DNA of 64,000 nt, taken from contig CAVXZB010000073.1 of assembly GCA_963765895.1 (NCBI GenBank), forward strand, positions 49,879 through 113,878. Direction: 5' to 3'. A program made the translations under genes and the position numbers. The notes under the pieces are model-generated. The model did no database searches. It was not told the origin of the DNA and saw only the letters and a list, made by a program, of their open reading frames with translations. The DNA is from an uncultured Nitrososphaeraceae archaeon. GTDB taxonomy: Archaea; Thermoproteota; Nitrososphaeria; Nitrososphaerales; Nitrososphaeraceae. Below, piece after piece: positions 12,005-24,439 of the stretch. Within the stretch, counting starts at the first letter, position 1, and every line of letters starts with the position of its first letter.

Positions 12005-12071
12005 AGCAGTTTATCGCTTCTCCATTTACCGTTTTTCCTATAAGCGGTTGCAATATATGAATTCCGATATA

Positions 12072-12084
12072 TGATGGACTGGGC
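12072..12084. repeat. Putative att site: 13-bp direct repeat TGATGGACTGGGC of the tRNA-Ala 3' end
   Basis: Identical to 56684-56696. Confidence 0.75.
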
Positions 12085-12271
12085 AGGGGGAGTTAATAAT
12101 AAGATTTTTTTATGCTCAAAAGAATATACAAAATAAGCACGAATCTGAATAAGAGTATGAATAAAATTTATGCGCTAACATACGACCAATATTAGGATAT
12201 AGAGACAATAGACGGTGGTCGTGGAGCTAACCATATTACCTTGAAACGCTCTTCATAATTACAGCATAAGT

Positions 12272-12805
12272 TTGAAAGAAGTTATTAATCCTAGAGCAGA
12301 CATTACAGCAAAAAAGTATAGACAACAGATAGAGTGGAGAAGAAATAAAGTAAAGGAAATGCTAATCAGAGGGTATTCACAGTATGAAATCTCTAATACC
12401 TTGCGTATCAGTCAACCAACAATATCTAGAGACATACACTACCTATATCAAGAGAAGAAAAGACGACAAAAGAAACATGGCGATGAATTATTTTTGGAGC
12501 TCCGAAACACAGTAGCTGGCTTATCAGAGCTCGTTAAAAAGTCATGGACCATTGTTGATGATGCCAAGACAGACTACAAGGAAAGAATGAAGGCAATGTC
12601 ATTAATAATGCAATGTTATGATAAGAAATTAGAGCTTCTTAATCTAGAACCAGAAATTAACAATTACAAAGAATATGTTGATGGTATAATCAATAAAGAA
12701 AATGAACTATTAGTTAAAGAGAAAATGTTGGATGCACATCGTGAAGGCACAAAATTGTCATGGCATGAACTTAGGTCTGCTGTAGATAGCAATAGAGTAT
12801 TTTAA
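12272..12805 (+). CDS. HTH-domain protein at the island's left end
   Basis: GYSQYEISNTLRISQPTISRDI helix-turn-helix followed by helical region. Confidence 0.75.
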   Translation: MKEVINPRADITAKKYRQQIEWRRNKVKEMLIRGYSQYEISNTLRISQPTISRDIHYLYQEKKRRQKKHGDELFLELRNTVAGLSELVKKSWTIVDDAKTDYKERMKAMSLIMQCYDKKLELLNLEPEINNYKEYVDGIINKENELLVKEKMLDAHREGTKLSWHELRSAVDSNRVF

Positions 12806-13468
12806 TAGAATTGATTCTTTATTTTGCAATTTCAATTTGTAGAAATTATTTTGAATTCAAGTCTTATCCGTATAACTCGATTATATATTTACTGAGATAG
12901 CCAGTATCATATTGTGTTTGGATGATTAGACCAACTAACAAGAAGTTCAAAAAAAATTAAAATTAAAGGCTACAATATTAAGTATTGTTCCTTTTTAGGG
13001 ATTGTTGACAATCAACTAATACTTAATGGTAGGATACTTTCTTACATTAGTATGCAGGCCCCAAGTAGTCGAATAGGAGAAGTATATTTCCATGATCTTA
13101 TAGGAATGAAATCTAAGAGTATACAAAAATATACTCTATTCATTTCGGAGACTGATTCATTGCAGACTGAATGAACATCATTATTAATTTCCGATTAATC
13201 ATTGAAAATCAATATTCAAATTGAGCCAACATTGGAAACCAACATTGGAATAATCTACGATTTTTATGCTATAGTATGAGATAGACTGATCTGTTTTGCA
13301 GGCACGAATCACTTTATTAACTCCCCATATTTCACTATAGCATAACATCCAAGTTTTGTGATATTTGAACCCATTAAGCTTGTCTTAATATACCTAAGCT
13401 AATATCTAGCAAAATATATGATATTAGATCAGTTATGACACGGTATAGTAATAGATAAGATATATCTC

Positions 13469-13944
13469 TTATCTTAGTTCAGAATGCATGGATAGAAGGT
13501 TATCTTTTGAAGATGAAATAATATATACCTCCTCTGACCATGCAATCCTTTGGATTCCCTCTATTCCTTTGATCTCAGATATAATGCCCATCAATTGTTT
13601 AATATTTTTATAGAGAAAAAAACAAAGGATATTGGAATTGCCTGTATGCAGTGAAACTGATTGAACTCCATCCATCTTTGAAAATTTTTCTGCTATTGAA
13701 TAGATATTATCATTGGCAACGTATATATGAATGAAGGCAGTCTTCATGCCTAGCTTTTTGTAATCGGGTTCTTTTCTTATGGCTATCAAACCCTTTCTAA
13801 TTACCTTTCTTGTTCTTTTTTATACTGTACTTAATGGAATTTTTACTTTTCAAAAATTTCCCTATTAGTGTATCATGACACAAGCAAATCGATTATCCTG
13901 AGATCTAGTTCATCTATCTCGATATATGTTGAGATCTTTCTCAT
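13469..13944 (-). pseudogene. Lrp/AsnC-family regulator pseudogene
   Basis: IDELDLRIIDLL and KIPLSTV HTH fragments frameshifted from the intact RAM domain (PDYKKLG...SLHTGNSNI). Confidence 0.75.
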
Positions 13945-14299
13945 AGTATATAGCTTGTGCTCGCTTGTCTACTGGCATTCGTATTGATGAATCTACTCGT
14001 AAAGGATCTCTTCTATTATTCATAGAATTAGCTCTTTAGGAAATAAAGTAGCCGAGGAATAACTATTAAACTAACAGTCCGGCTTCCGTGAAATATTTTA
14101 CTCTCTTTCCTTAAGGTCTTACTATTACAATTCATATCATTAATAAGAAAAATAGTCAGATCAGTAGTATTTTCCTTATCAGTTTCAGCCGGACACAATT
14201 TGTAAGAAGGGAATGAGTATCAAACCATAACAAATACCCCACGTACGCTTCAGACTAACAAAGCTAATGTATTATTTTCTATTATGCAATGCAGTTAAT

Positions 14300-15540
14300 A
14301 GCCTAACTATATCTGTGAACAGCCTGCTCAATCCAGTTTCCAGTGTCTCTGAAGATGCAAGAAAACATCTTACCTTTTGACCAATAAATGGCTCCAGAGA
14401 ATTCATTTTCACTACGCACAGTTCACCCAAAAGGACAACTGGCCAACTTGGCAGATCTTACTCAACCTCCTAATAGGATAGTTGTAAATCTTCGTAGAAT
14501 AAGATCCGAACTTGAAAAGGATTAGAAATCGGTATCAGAAAAGTGAAATGGTTTATGGCTTCTATTTGGATAGATCTCCTACATAGACAAGGAGTTATAG
14601 GAATGGGCAGAATTTTAAATGATTATGACAAACTAGCGCTATCCACACTGAAACTGTGCCTTTCTCCTTTTGGCCATGAGATTGCTAAGGCTATTACCTA
14701 TTTAGAAAAGATTGGTGACGGTGCGGCAATAATGAGATCATATATTGCCCGATGGGACAGAATAAGAAATCCTTGTGCAGTGATTAAAATCCTACAAAAC
14801 AATATCCGCACTTCCAGGTCCTCAATATTCCATGAAGCAGGACAGCGTAGGTAGGATTATAGGTCTAATCGAGCGGGATCTAATCTATTATATAATACAG
14901 TTAGGACCACTGTTGATTCGTTAAGGTTGGCTGAATATTGGAAGCAATGTGCAACTGAGATAGTTGTCGACCAAGTTGCAACACAGCTTACAAATTTGAT
15001 CGGCGGACTAATACTCCATAATATTTACTCTGAATCGTCAGGTAGTTCACCGGAAACTGCGAGCTAGAAAGTTTGCTATAATTCCTTTATACACGCATAT
15101 TATGGATTATTTGAGATTTCATTCTAATATCATATCCTGTATATTGGGTCTAGGTCGAGGACCATGGGATGAACTGGAAAAGGTAATTATAATATATCCA
15201 ATCAGTTTAACTCCTGATGATTCTAGACAGATCATAATTGAATCGTTACCGGTTCTCCATGCCATCTATAGAGCACTTTCAGCTACAAAACTAGTGTCGC
15301 TTACAGGAAAGAGTTTCGAGGATCTCTATCTTATATGTTGTGGATTATTGAATGCTTAAACTTTTAAACCTTGATTTCTCTAATTTTTCAGTTGGCGTGA
15401 CAAAAATGTTGGAAAATTCTATCTCAACACTTGTAGCATTTGAAGCACTTATTACTATTAGAGAAAAATCATTGTATTGGATAACAGATGAAATGTGCAA
15501 GCGGCTAACAGCATTAGACGATAAACAAGAGGTGCTATAG
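14300..15540 (+). pseudogene. Degraded gene of unknown function (fragments 14543-14854, 15102-15359, 15352-15540)
   Basis: Chain of short co-oriented ORFs with stops and shifts; boundaries approximate. Confidence 0.35.
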
Positions 15541-15611
15541 CATTGACAGATTCTACTCGAGTAACAGATCCTGTAGAATCCAAGTCGGAAGTATTAGACC
15601 ATTGACAAAAT

Positions 15612-16149
15612 ATGTTCGATGGTTTAATAGAATGGTATAAAATGGCAGACCATAGGGCTAGTGGGCTGATCTCAATAAATCCAATGCTGTTAGGATTTGT
15701 GACGATAAGCGCCTTTGTGATTCTGGGTAGTTCAGAAAGGGATATATCAACGGTAAAGAGTCTCGCTGAGACATTTCTGATTCTTTTCTTTATATCTATT
15801 ATTATTTCTGTTATATTGGCAGTTTGGAGCTTATGGGGAAGAGCAATAGATTTCTCTTTAAGAGAAACGATGCACTTAAGTAAATCGAATAGATGAAGTC
15901 TTTCTCTGGTTTGGAGATATTAAACCCCACTACGAAGCAAACGAAGAAACCAAAATCTCAAAAGGAAAAGAGTTCTTTGAGAATGAATTTAATAAATACA
16001 CAAATAGGGATTAAGTATTAAAGGCTATAGCCGCGCAGATAGTAATTTTATCATCCCATATACATATGAGGTTTTGGATTTTAAATGTGTCATACATGCT
16101 TGTAGTGATCGCCATTTTTCTGATGTCAGCATTTGCATTCATATTGTAA
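15612..16149 (+). pseudogene. DUF5706 / Pycsar-effector-like membrane protein pseudogene
   Basis: WYKMADHRASGLISIN, TM helices, downstream fragment LKAIAAQIVILS...final TM helix; internal stops. Confidence 0.55.
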
Positions 16150-16563
16150 ATAGCGAATTGCTATGGCCAACAGAAAAATTAATTTTGTGAGAGTTATGGC
16201 AAATTAAATAACTAATAATTGCGATACCATTTAAGTATACGAGAAAAACTATAGCTAGGCGAGGCGGCTATATACAAGTAACTTTTTTTAATAAAGTATT
16301 GCACAAGCTAGTCTGAATATTGGCTATGGAATGACGTGATTAAGTATCTGTAGACCAACTAATAGAAATTACTACAATTGCGTCATTGGGATTACTCGAA
16401 AAGAAGAGACCACCCCGATTAAGTTTCCGTCCTATATAAATAGAACATAGAAGATGTGCGTTGTAGAATCTATTTATTATGCTCTGGTCTTATATTTTAT
16501 GTCAAAAGTAGATTACAAACAGTTTTCTAACATCTTATTACTCTACATAAGATATAATCAATT

Positions 16564-18090
16564 GTGAACAGAGACACTGAATACTGGATCGAAATACTTC
16601 ACCTTCAGAAACATCCTGAAGGTGGATATTTTGTCCAAACTTACAAATCAGAAAAATTTGTAAGGTTGCCAGAATATAGTGGTTCTATGCATGCTTGTAC
16701 TGCTATCTATTATTTATTAGCAGATGGCCATTTTTCATCATTTCATATGCTGAAATCAGATGTGTTGTGGCATTTCTACGATGGTAGTAGTTTAACTCTG
16801 CATATAATAAAACACAAGGAAGATTGAATGATGTCAAATTAGGAGCAAATTTAGATAGTAAGGAGACATTTCAAGCTGTAGTAAAATCGGGTTCTTGGTT
16901 TGCAGCCTCTGTTAATGATTGTAATTCTTATTCATTGATCAGCTGCACTGTTTCGCCAGGATTTGATTATGACGACTGGGTATTGGCAGATATTAGTACA
17001 CTTATGAAAATGTATCCGCAACTGCTTTGTTGCATAAATCATTATCATATTAGTATGGGTTTGTTGACCAACTGAGATTTAGCTATCATGTAATAAGATT
17101 ATTGTTGGACATGGTTGACTGGCCTTCATATAACAAATCACTTGTTAGGCAAGGTGAGGTTATTCTAGATTTTGATGTCATAGATAGTTGGTATAGTGAG
17201 TTGAACATAATGAATAATGGAAAGAGGGGTGCACAGTACCACTATCCAGATTAGTTTATCCAACTATTAGGGTATATGAGGATATATTTTCATCTGCCAT
17301 ACCGGCAAGCAGAAGGTGTAGTCATGGCACATGCTGGTAACAAGATACCCTCTATTCCAAACTACAGTACAATTAACAGACGCGTTAATATCCAGGATAT
17401 CCGAATCAACGAATAAAATGAGGTATGTAATGATGACGACATCATTATAGCATTGGACAGTACAGGAGTCAAAGTTGCTAATAGGGGAGAGTGGATGCGA
17501 CATAAATGGCATGTTAGAAGAGGTTATCTGAAAATATATGTAGCAGTAAACATCAAGAATAAGAAGATTATTTCTTTGGAGGTTACAAGTGAAGAAGTAC
17601 ATGATGGCAAGATGCTAAAGAAGTTAATAGATAATGCCTCTGAAAATAACAATGTAAAGGGGGCGTTAGCAGATGGTATGTATGACAGTAATAAGAATTT
17701 TAGATACCTATCAAAAACTATATTAAACCAGGTATAAAGACAAGAAGCAATTCCAAAGTTAGACCGACTAACTGTCATGCTAGGAATATGTCTGTAACAA
17801 GACAACAGACAAATCTCAAAAGATGGAAGCGTAGCGTAAGCTATGGATACAGATGGATGGCAGAGACTGTCTTTTCATCAATTAAAAGAACGTTTGGTGA
17901 ACATGTAGCTGCCAGAAAATTTCCGAACATGGCCAAGGAATTGATTCTAAAAGTGTCACTGTATAACATGTTTGCTACCATGATGTAGAGAGATACAGAT
18001 AATGTACTAAGGAGATAAAATGATTTATGCAACAGAGCTTCCGCAACATAAATCAATCATAGAAAGATACACCAAGTCTATGTCTATGTC
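16564..18090 (+). pseudogene. Cupin DUF985 (cupin_5) gene, frameshifted and interrupted by IS
   Basis: LQKHPEGGYF, WHFYDG, SCTVSPGFDYDD; C-terminus YPQ|HKSIIERYTK resumes after the IS at 18048. Confidence 0.85.
17023..18039 (+). mobile_element. IS5-family (IS903-like) element with pseudogenised transposase
   Basis: TIRs GCTTTGTTGCATAAATCA / TGATTTATGCAACAGAGC; TSD TCCGCAAC at 17015-17022 and 18040-18047; fragments DWPSYNKSLVRQG, DSTGVK, ADGMYDS, YRWMAETVFS. Confidence 0.9.
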
Positions 18091-18269
18091 TATGTCTACT
18101 ACCTATCTTTCGAAAGAATGTAACTCTAGTAATAGTTTAGTTTGCTGTTATTGTAGATCATTTTAAGTAATTGGATTTACGGTGGATCTGTTACAAACTA
18201 TAATATCTCTCCTATCTACGGAAAATTGCGAATAAGTGTATATGATCTGCCTTACTTGTTTCACCCAGT

Positions 18270-18640
18270 TGATTTGATCTCCATTCTTACTACTGATAAT
18301 AATTGCTCAGTGTTAATTGGTTTTCTTATAAAGCATTTAACATTAAGCCCTGGGTGTTCTTCTTTGAGGGAATTGTAGTACCGATTGAAAGGCTGTTATA
18401 AAGCACACCTTCACATGACGATCTTTCTTTCTTAGCCGTCTGAAAAATTGAAAACCATTTAGATGAGGCATTCTCATATCAACAAATACAAGATCATAAA
18501 ATTGTGGTTTAAACCTCACCAACGCCTTTGCAGGATCGTTATAAGTATCTACATAAAAGCCATTGTCATTCAATACCGTTTTAAAGAAAAGAGTAATATC
18601 GCTTTCGTCATCAACTACCAGTATTCTCTTTAATGATTCG
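18270..18640 (-). pseudogene. CheY-like response regulator receiver, degraded
   Basis: RILVVDDE, FVDMRMPHLNG, FITA; FIRKP is in another frame; upstream in-frame stop. Confidence 0.8.
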
Positions 18641-19306
18641 CTGGGAAAATTATTGGATGACAGCTAGGTACGCTTCCAACTGTTGATGAGAATGAATTAT
18701 ATTTTAAGAATATCGGAGTAAATGTAAATTTAACTTATAAGCAGTAACTTTAGCAATTACCATCGGGACGCAGAAATTCGACTAGAAAAACTATTACAAG
18801 CATAAAATTATACTTTCTGCAATTTTAGCAAATGTATATACAACGTAGTATCTACGTATCGTTTCATAATTTTCCAGGATTTTGACATGAAGCCTACTGC
18901 TATATAAATATAATAAACTAGGCCGATGAGTAATACAAAAGCAACTCAAATCTGCCTTCATAATACCTTGACCCCAGAAAAAACATTTTCTAATCATATT
19001 ATGAAATGCCTGATTGATTTAATTTGTAATGAAATTTGAAATAAAATTCTACAGTTGCCAATCAACCACGTCAATTGACATATAAACGATGACTTAGCTT
19101 ACCTCCGGAGCCGAGTAATGTATTCTTATTATATACGAACGCGATTAGATTCAGCTCATATATTCATGATTATAGTAACTTGAGTATTATCTTCTCAAAT
19201 GTAAACGATAAATTTGACCCTCGTTCTTAAAACTATCTCATTTTAGTGAATGATCGCGATACTTTCTCAATAATGTTTAATATGGTCGAGCTTACCGTAT
19301 ATATAA

Positions 19307-20182
19307 TTGTCAGGATTGTCGTCAACTTCTAACCTAATATTAGGTATTATTCAGGACCTCGACATCTATGATTTAAAAAGTTCTCCAGGATTCTATCCTT
19401 CTATTGCCTCTCGAATAAATGAACTTACTCTGTCAATAAAGGAAAAAGGATTGCTACATCCGATCACGGTCAGAGCAAAGGAAGGACATTTTGAAATAGT
19501 TGCTGGTAATAGAAGGTATCTTGCATGCAAAGCTCTTGGCTGGCGAAAGATCTTGTGTCACATCGTAGAACTAGATGACAAGGAAGCCTTTGAGATTTCC
19601 CTAGTTGAAAATATACAACGAAGAACTTTGAATGCCTTGGAAGAAGGAACTGCTTTTAGGACTTATGTTTCCGAGTTTGGTTGGGGTGGAGTATCAGATT
19701 TGGCTGCAAAAATTGGAAAGAGCGTTAGCTATGTCGATAGACGGCTGGGACTTTTGGATCTACCAAAAGAGGTACGCGAAAAGGTTTTAGTTTCATCCAT
19801 TAATATTGCCGCAGCAGAAGAGCTGATACCTATACATGATAAGAGTAAGCAATCCAAATTAGCAGAGCTGATCTCGAAGAAGCGTATGTCAACTAAACAA
19901 GTACGTCAATTGATTAGCGGCCTTGATGACTCGATTTATGATTCTCATGGTCTGATTGTTCCCATGGGCTCTTCAAAGGATGATGATATTTCTGAGCTTG
20001 ACAAAATTGCACAGCGATGTTTAGATAAATCCATTATTGCATTTAGAATTGCAATGACTAAACTTGCAGATATAATGGAGTCTGTAGAAGATAACTGGGT
20101 CATATATGAAATTCTTATGCAGCACAAGAACGTGCTTCATACACAAATTGATTTGTTAATCAAAGAAAAGAAAAAGCTATAA
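19307..20182 (+). CDS. ParB/RepB/Spo0J-family protein
   Basis: GLLHPITVR, IVAGNRRY, ENIQR boxes; HTH DLAAKIGKSVSYVDRRL. Confidence 0.9.
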   Translation: MSGLSSTSNLILGIIQDLDIYDLKSSPGFYPSIASRINELTLSIKEKGLLHPITVRAKEGHFEIVAGNRRYLACKALGWRKILCHIVELDDKEAFEISLVENIQRRTLNALEEGTAFRTYVSEFGWGGVSDLAAKIGKSVSYVDRRLGLLDLPKEVREKVLVSSINIAAAEELIPIHDKSKQSKLAELISKKRMSTKQVRQLISGLDDSIYDSHGLIVPMGSSKDDDISELDKIAQRCLDKSIIAFRIAMTKLADIMESVEDNWVIYEILMQHKNVLHTQIDLLIKEKKKL

Positions 20183-20663
20183 CAACTATCCCAGTCTTAT
20201 TGGATTCAGCAGACATACTTAATTAGCAGTTAAAAATAATTTAAACGGGCTTTGCAAAATGGCTACTCTAGATTTGAAAATTATACTGCTTAAATGTTAG
20301 AAAATGATGCTATTTTCTACGGATTTTTTGCGGTACCGCAAAATTTGTCAATCATGTTCATGAAGATCTCTTGTTAAACTAACAAAAACAGACAGACATA
20401 TAGATAGACAGACAGGCACTAGCAGATTAAGTTGAATCAGTGTTGCGTCTAAATCTGCACTGTAAATGTCGTTACCTCTGTGAATATCCCATTCAATTTT
20501 GATTAAAAAAGTAAATATAGTATGAAACAGTCATTTTTGTGATGAATTACTTTTTTTCTCTGATACCTATTCAAAGTAGTATGAGAGCAAGATGCAGTTT
20601 TTTCTCTGTCAGTTCAATAGTGATATTGAATTTTTTGTCAAGAGGAGTGGTAGATAAAACACT

Positions 20664-23020
20664 ATGGTAGTTCAGGTCAGCTATCCAGGAGTTTATATTG
20701 TAGAAAAGCCAAGTGGCGTACATACAATAACAGGTGTGTCAACTTCCATTGCTGCATTTTTTGGACAAACACTCGAAGGTCCCGCAAATAAGGCCGTACC
20801 GATTATTTTCTCCGCTGGGTTTTGAGAAGACATTTGGAAAATCACACCCCGATAGTGAATTATCAACCGCAGTACGATTGTTTTTCGAAAACGGAGGTTC
20901 TGATTGTTATGTGGTCAGAGTCGTGAATGGTGGGAAAAAAGCCACTGCTATTTTAATGAATGAAAATGGACATAAAGTCCTAAATTTTGAAGCCAACGAG
21001 GTTGGCACATGGGGAAATGAAATAGGAATCGAAGTCGACTACAACACTTTACAATCAGAAGAAACGTTTAATCTGCATATTTACAGAATTAACGATGACG
21101 GAACTATAAACACAATTGAAGAATTCTTAAACTGCTCTCCTGATATTGATAGCCCAAAATTTGTCTGCAAATTAGTGAATCAAAAATCTAATCTCGTTGA
21201 TTGTAAACCTGAAGTCGACGCTGGTGCAACTGACAACGATTATAGACAGTCCACAGTCAAGCCAGGATATTCCGTCTCCAGAAAACCTCTAGATATTGGA
21301 CAGGCAGGGATTGATGAGCTAGCAAATATAATTTCGTCTGCATCTTCACAGAAATCTTTCAAATTCCAGATAAGTGTAGATGGTAGCCCGTTCTATGAGG
21401 TAGACCTGCATGATGCCTTCGCAGTCGGAGAACCCATCGCAACAGCTATGAATAACATCAAACAGCAAATTAACAAAGCTCTTCCTACTTCACTCGTAAA
21501 TTGTGTGAATGTAGAACTAATCAATATACCAGGAAGTTCGTCACCAGGAATAAAACAGCTTCTTAAATTTTCATCCAATACGCCAGATCAGAAGAGTATT
21601 GTTATTCAAAGAGCCTTCTCAAACGACCTTGCTGGACTAATAATGCTTGGAACCGAGCAGGGAGGAATAGAAAGATCCAGTTATGCACCTCTCCGTCCTG
21701 CTTCAAATGGAGTCATTTTCGATATCAACTTCATAGATCAGCTAGCTACAAAGTCACAGGATGCTGTTAATGAGATAATGCTTGATGGCAACTCCATAAG
21801 TCTAGGAACGAGTCTGCAAACCGTAACACCACCACTTACTACTGAGTGGTTTTGGTATAAGAGTAATCTGTCTGGTATTGAAGGAACAGATGGCATAAGA
21901 GAAAAATTTAGAATTATATCTAATTCAATAATTAATGCAAATCTCGGTTTTGATGCCTACCTTGCAGGATCAAGACTTGTAATAAAGAAAAGAGCAGGAC
22001 CAGCCAATTCTGTATCTATGCTCAGGACCGTGCCAGCCGCTGAAGATATTGGGCCATTTTTTAAGATAAATCCAAGACTTTACACATTAGATTCTGGTTT
22101 AGATGGCTCCCCTCCAGATGTCTCAACCTATCTTGGTAATGAGATCGATCACACAGGATTTTTCGCACTCGATCTTGTTGATCTGTTTAATCTCATGGTT
22201 ATTCCAAAGGATAAGAACCTTGATGAAGATGATTATAGGAGTCTTTGGGGACCAGCCAGCTCTTATTGTAAAGATCATAGAGCATTTTTAATCGTCGATC
22301 CACCAGAAAGCTGGGATAGTCCTATGAAGGTTTTAGATCCTATGGTGGGTATTAATTCACTCCGTGTAGGTCTAAACAAAGATTATGCCGCTGTTTACTT
22401 TCCTAATTTGATTATTAGAGATAGAGATGTTCTTAAAACTGTGGGACCGGGAGGAGTTATTGCTGGTCTGTATGCTCGTAATGATTCCTCTGGTGGAGGC
22501 GGTGTGTGGACAGCTCCGGCTGGACTCTCTGCTGATATCCGTGGCGGAATCTCGGATTTGGATTTATCATTGACAGACGCAGAAAACGGACCACTTAACA
22601 AGGCGGGTGTAAATTGCCTAAGAAAATTTCCCTCAGGAATCGTGAGCTGGGGTGCTAGAACTGTAGATGGAGCAGATGATTTTGGGTCAGATTGGAAATA
22701 CGTTCCTGTTCGTCGTTTGGCACTCTTCCTAGAAGAATCTCTTTACAGAGGCACGAAATTTGCAGTATTTATGCCAAATGATGAACCATTATGGGCTCAA
22801 TTGAGAGGCAGCATCACCACATTTATGAGAAGTCTGTTTAGAGTCCAGGCATTTCAAGGCACGACCGAAGAACAAGCCTTCTTTGTAAAGTGTGATAGCG
22901 AAACAACTACTGCAGATGATCAGAATAAAGGAATAGTAAATATTCTAGTAGGTTTTGCAGACTCTCAAACCAGCAGAATTTGTAGTAATAACGATACAGC
23001 AAATGGCAGGAGAAGCTTAA
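20664..23020 (+). CDS. eCIS contractile tail sheath protein (Afp2/3/4-like), ~784 aa, two +1 frameshifts
   Basis: True start MVVQVSYPGVYIVEKPSG at 20664; FFENGGSDCYVVRV, GVWTAPAG, WGART, WKYVPVRRL, FFVKCD; C-terminus LKPAEFVVITIQQ in the +1 frame. Confidence 0.93.
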
Positions 23021-23038
23021 ACGGAGGTGATTGATTAA

Positions 23039-23509
23039 TTGAGCGTAAGACCACTCTCTCTTATTGCTACGAATAGATTTCAACTAATAATGAACGGACA
23101 GCCAGTAGCGGCATTAAAAAAGGTGGGAACACTTCAGAGAACTACTACGCCGATCACTTATACAGATGCCACCACAGGTGTCGAGGTAAAGATGCCAGGA
23201 AATACTAAAATATCGTCACTTACCTTGGAACGCGGTCTGACCCGCGACGAAGGGTTTATTGAGTGGGCAGATCTAGTATTCTCCTCAAAAGATCCATATG
23301 AAAAAGAAGGTTTCAAGCGGGATTTAATGCTGGAAGTATTGAATAGTCAAGGCCATGTTGAGCATAGGTGGCTTTTAGAGGGCTGCTGGCCTAGTGAAAT
23401 CAAAGCTAATCCAGATTTGGACTCTGAAACAAATGCAATTGCTATTGAATCTCTAACCATCCAGTTCGATGCGATGTACAAGCAAGAAGTGCCGGCGACA
23501 AAATCATAG
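23039..23509 (+). CDS. eCIS tail tube protein (gp19/Afp1/5-like)
   Basis: KMPG...LTLERGLT, FIEW, WLLEGCWPS, DLDSETNAIAIESLTI; preceded by GGAGGTGA. Confidence 0.9.
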   Translation: MSVRPLSLIATNRFQLIMNGQPVAALKKVGTLQRTTTPITYTDATTGVEVKMPGNTKISSLTLERGLTRDEGFIEWADLVFSSKDPYEKEGFKRDLMLEVLNSQGHVEHRWLLEGCWPSEIKANPDLDSETNAIAIESLTIQFDAMYKQEVPATKS

Positions 23510-23541
23510 CAACAATCAACAATTTTAGGTCTGCAGACAAT

Positions 23542-24439
23542 TTGTCTACCATCTCACAATTAGATTTGCAGCCCTTCCCAAGATTGGGTAAATATCTCAA
23601 AACCCAGTTTCAAGTGGAGGATGCTATTTTACAGCTAAGACGTTTTGGTTGTGAAGCTCAAGATCTGGAAATTAATTTCGATTCAGAATCGCTACCCGAG
23701 ATAGTAACGACAATTATACAAAGCTGTACAATATCAAACCAGAGAAAAGTACCAAATGTCGACTTCTTTTGGAACCTTGCGGTAGGGCAGAGGATCGAGT
23801 GTCTGGTAAGAATTGCTACATCGGATAATCCTCGATGTCTGGTTACAATATTAAGGTGTAAGGAGGAACGATGTAAAGAAAAATTCGAGCTGAGTCTTTC
23901 ACATGATAATATTTTGGGCAAAGACCAGACATCCTTCTGCACGGAAGAAGAAACTTGTACTATCAACATAAATGGAAATACCATACAGTTCAGAAGGCCA
24001 ACAGGCTTAGACCAACAGTCCTGGTTAAAATTAAGATTGGATAAGAATAATGGTGATAAAGGCTGCCACGAAAGATCAAACTGACACTTTCAATCAGATT
24101 TTGATCGACCTTGCGTGTGATGGTACAAATAACTCTAGTAAGCATATAAAATTGAATTCATATGATACTATTGAAGACATCGAAAAGAATATGTCAAGGA
24201 TTGATCCTTTAATAATCTATGGCATCGAACTCATCTGTCCTCTTTGTGGAGTAAAGAATTTTTATGAGGTAAACCTGGAAGAGTTATCGCTTAAGCAATT
24301 AGAGAAAATACAAAAAGAGTTGCTGGAAAGTATTCATAAACTTGCTCTAGCTTATCACTGGACAGAAGCGGAAATTCTTGCACTCCCTATCATAAGAAGG
24401 AGATTATATCTTTCGATGTTGGAGCCAGGAGAATCATAA
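23542..24439 (+). CDS. Tail assembly chaperone / baseplate-hub-like protein (~298 aa, one +1 frameshift)
   Basis: Cys clusters (CKEERC, CPLCG), FRRPTGLD, C-terminal IHKLALAYHWTEAEILALP...RRRLYL; position after tube. Confidence 0.65.

Noticed and set aside
12272-12805. Terminase small subunit implying a provirus
   Set aside because: Only an HTH plus helices is evident; no large terminase or portal gene adjacent
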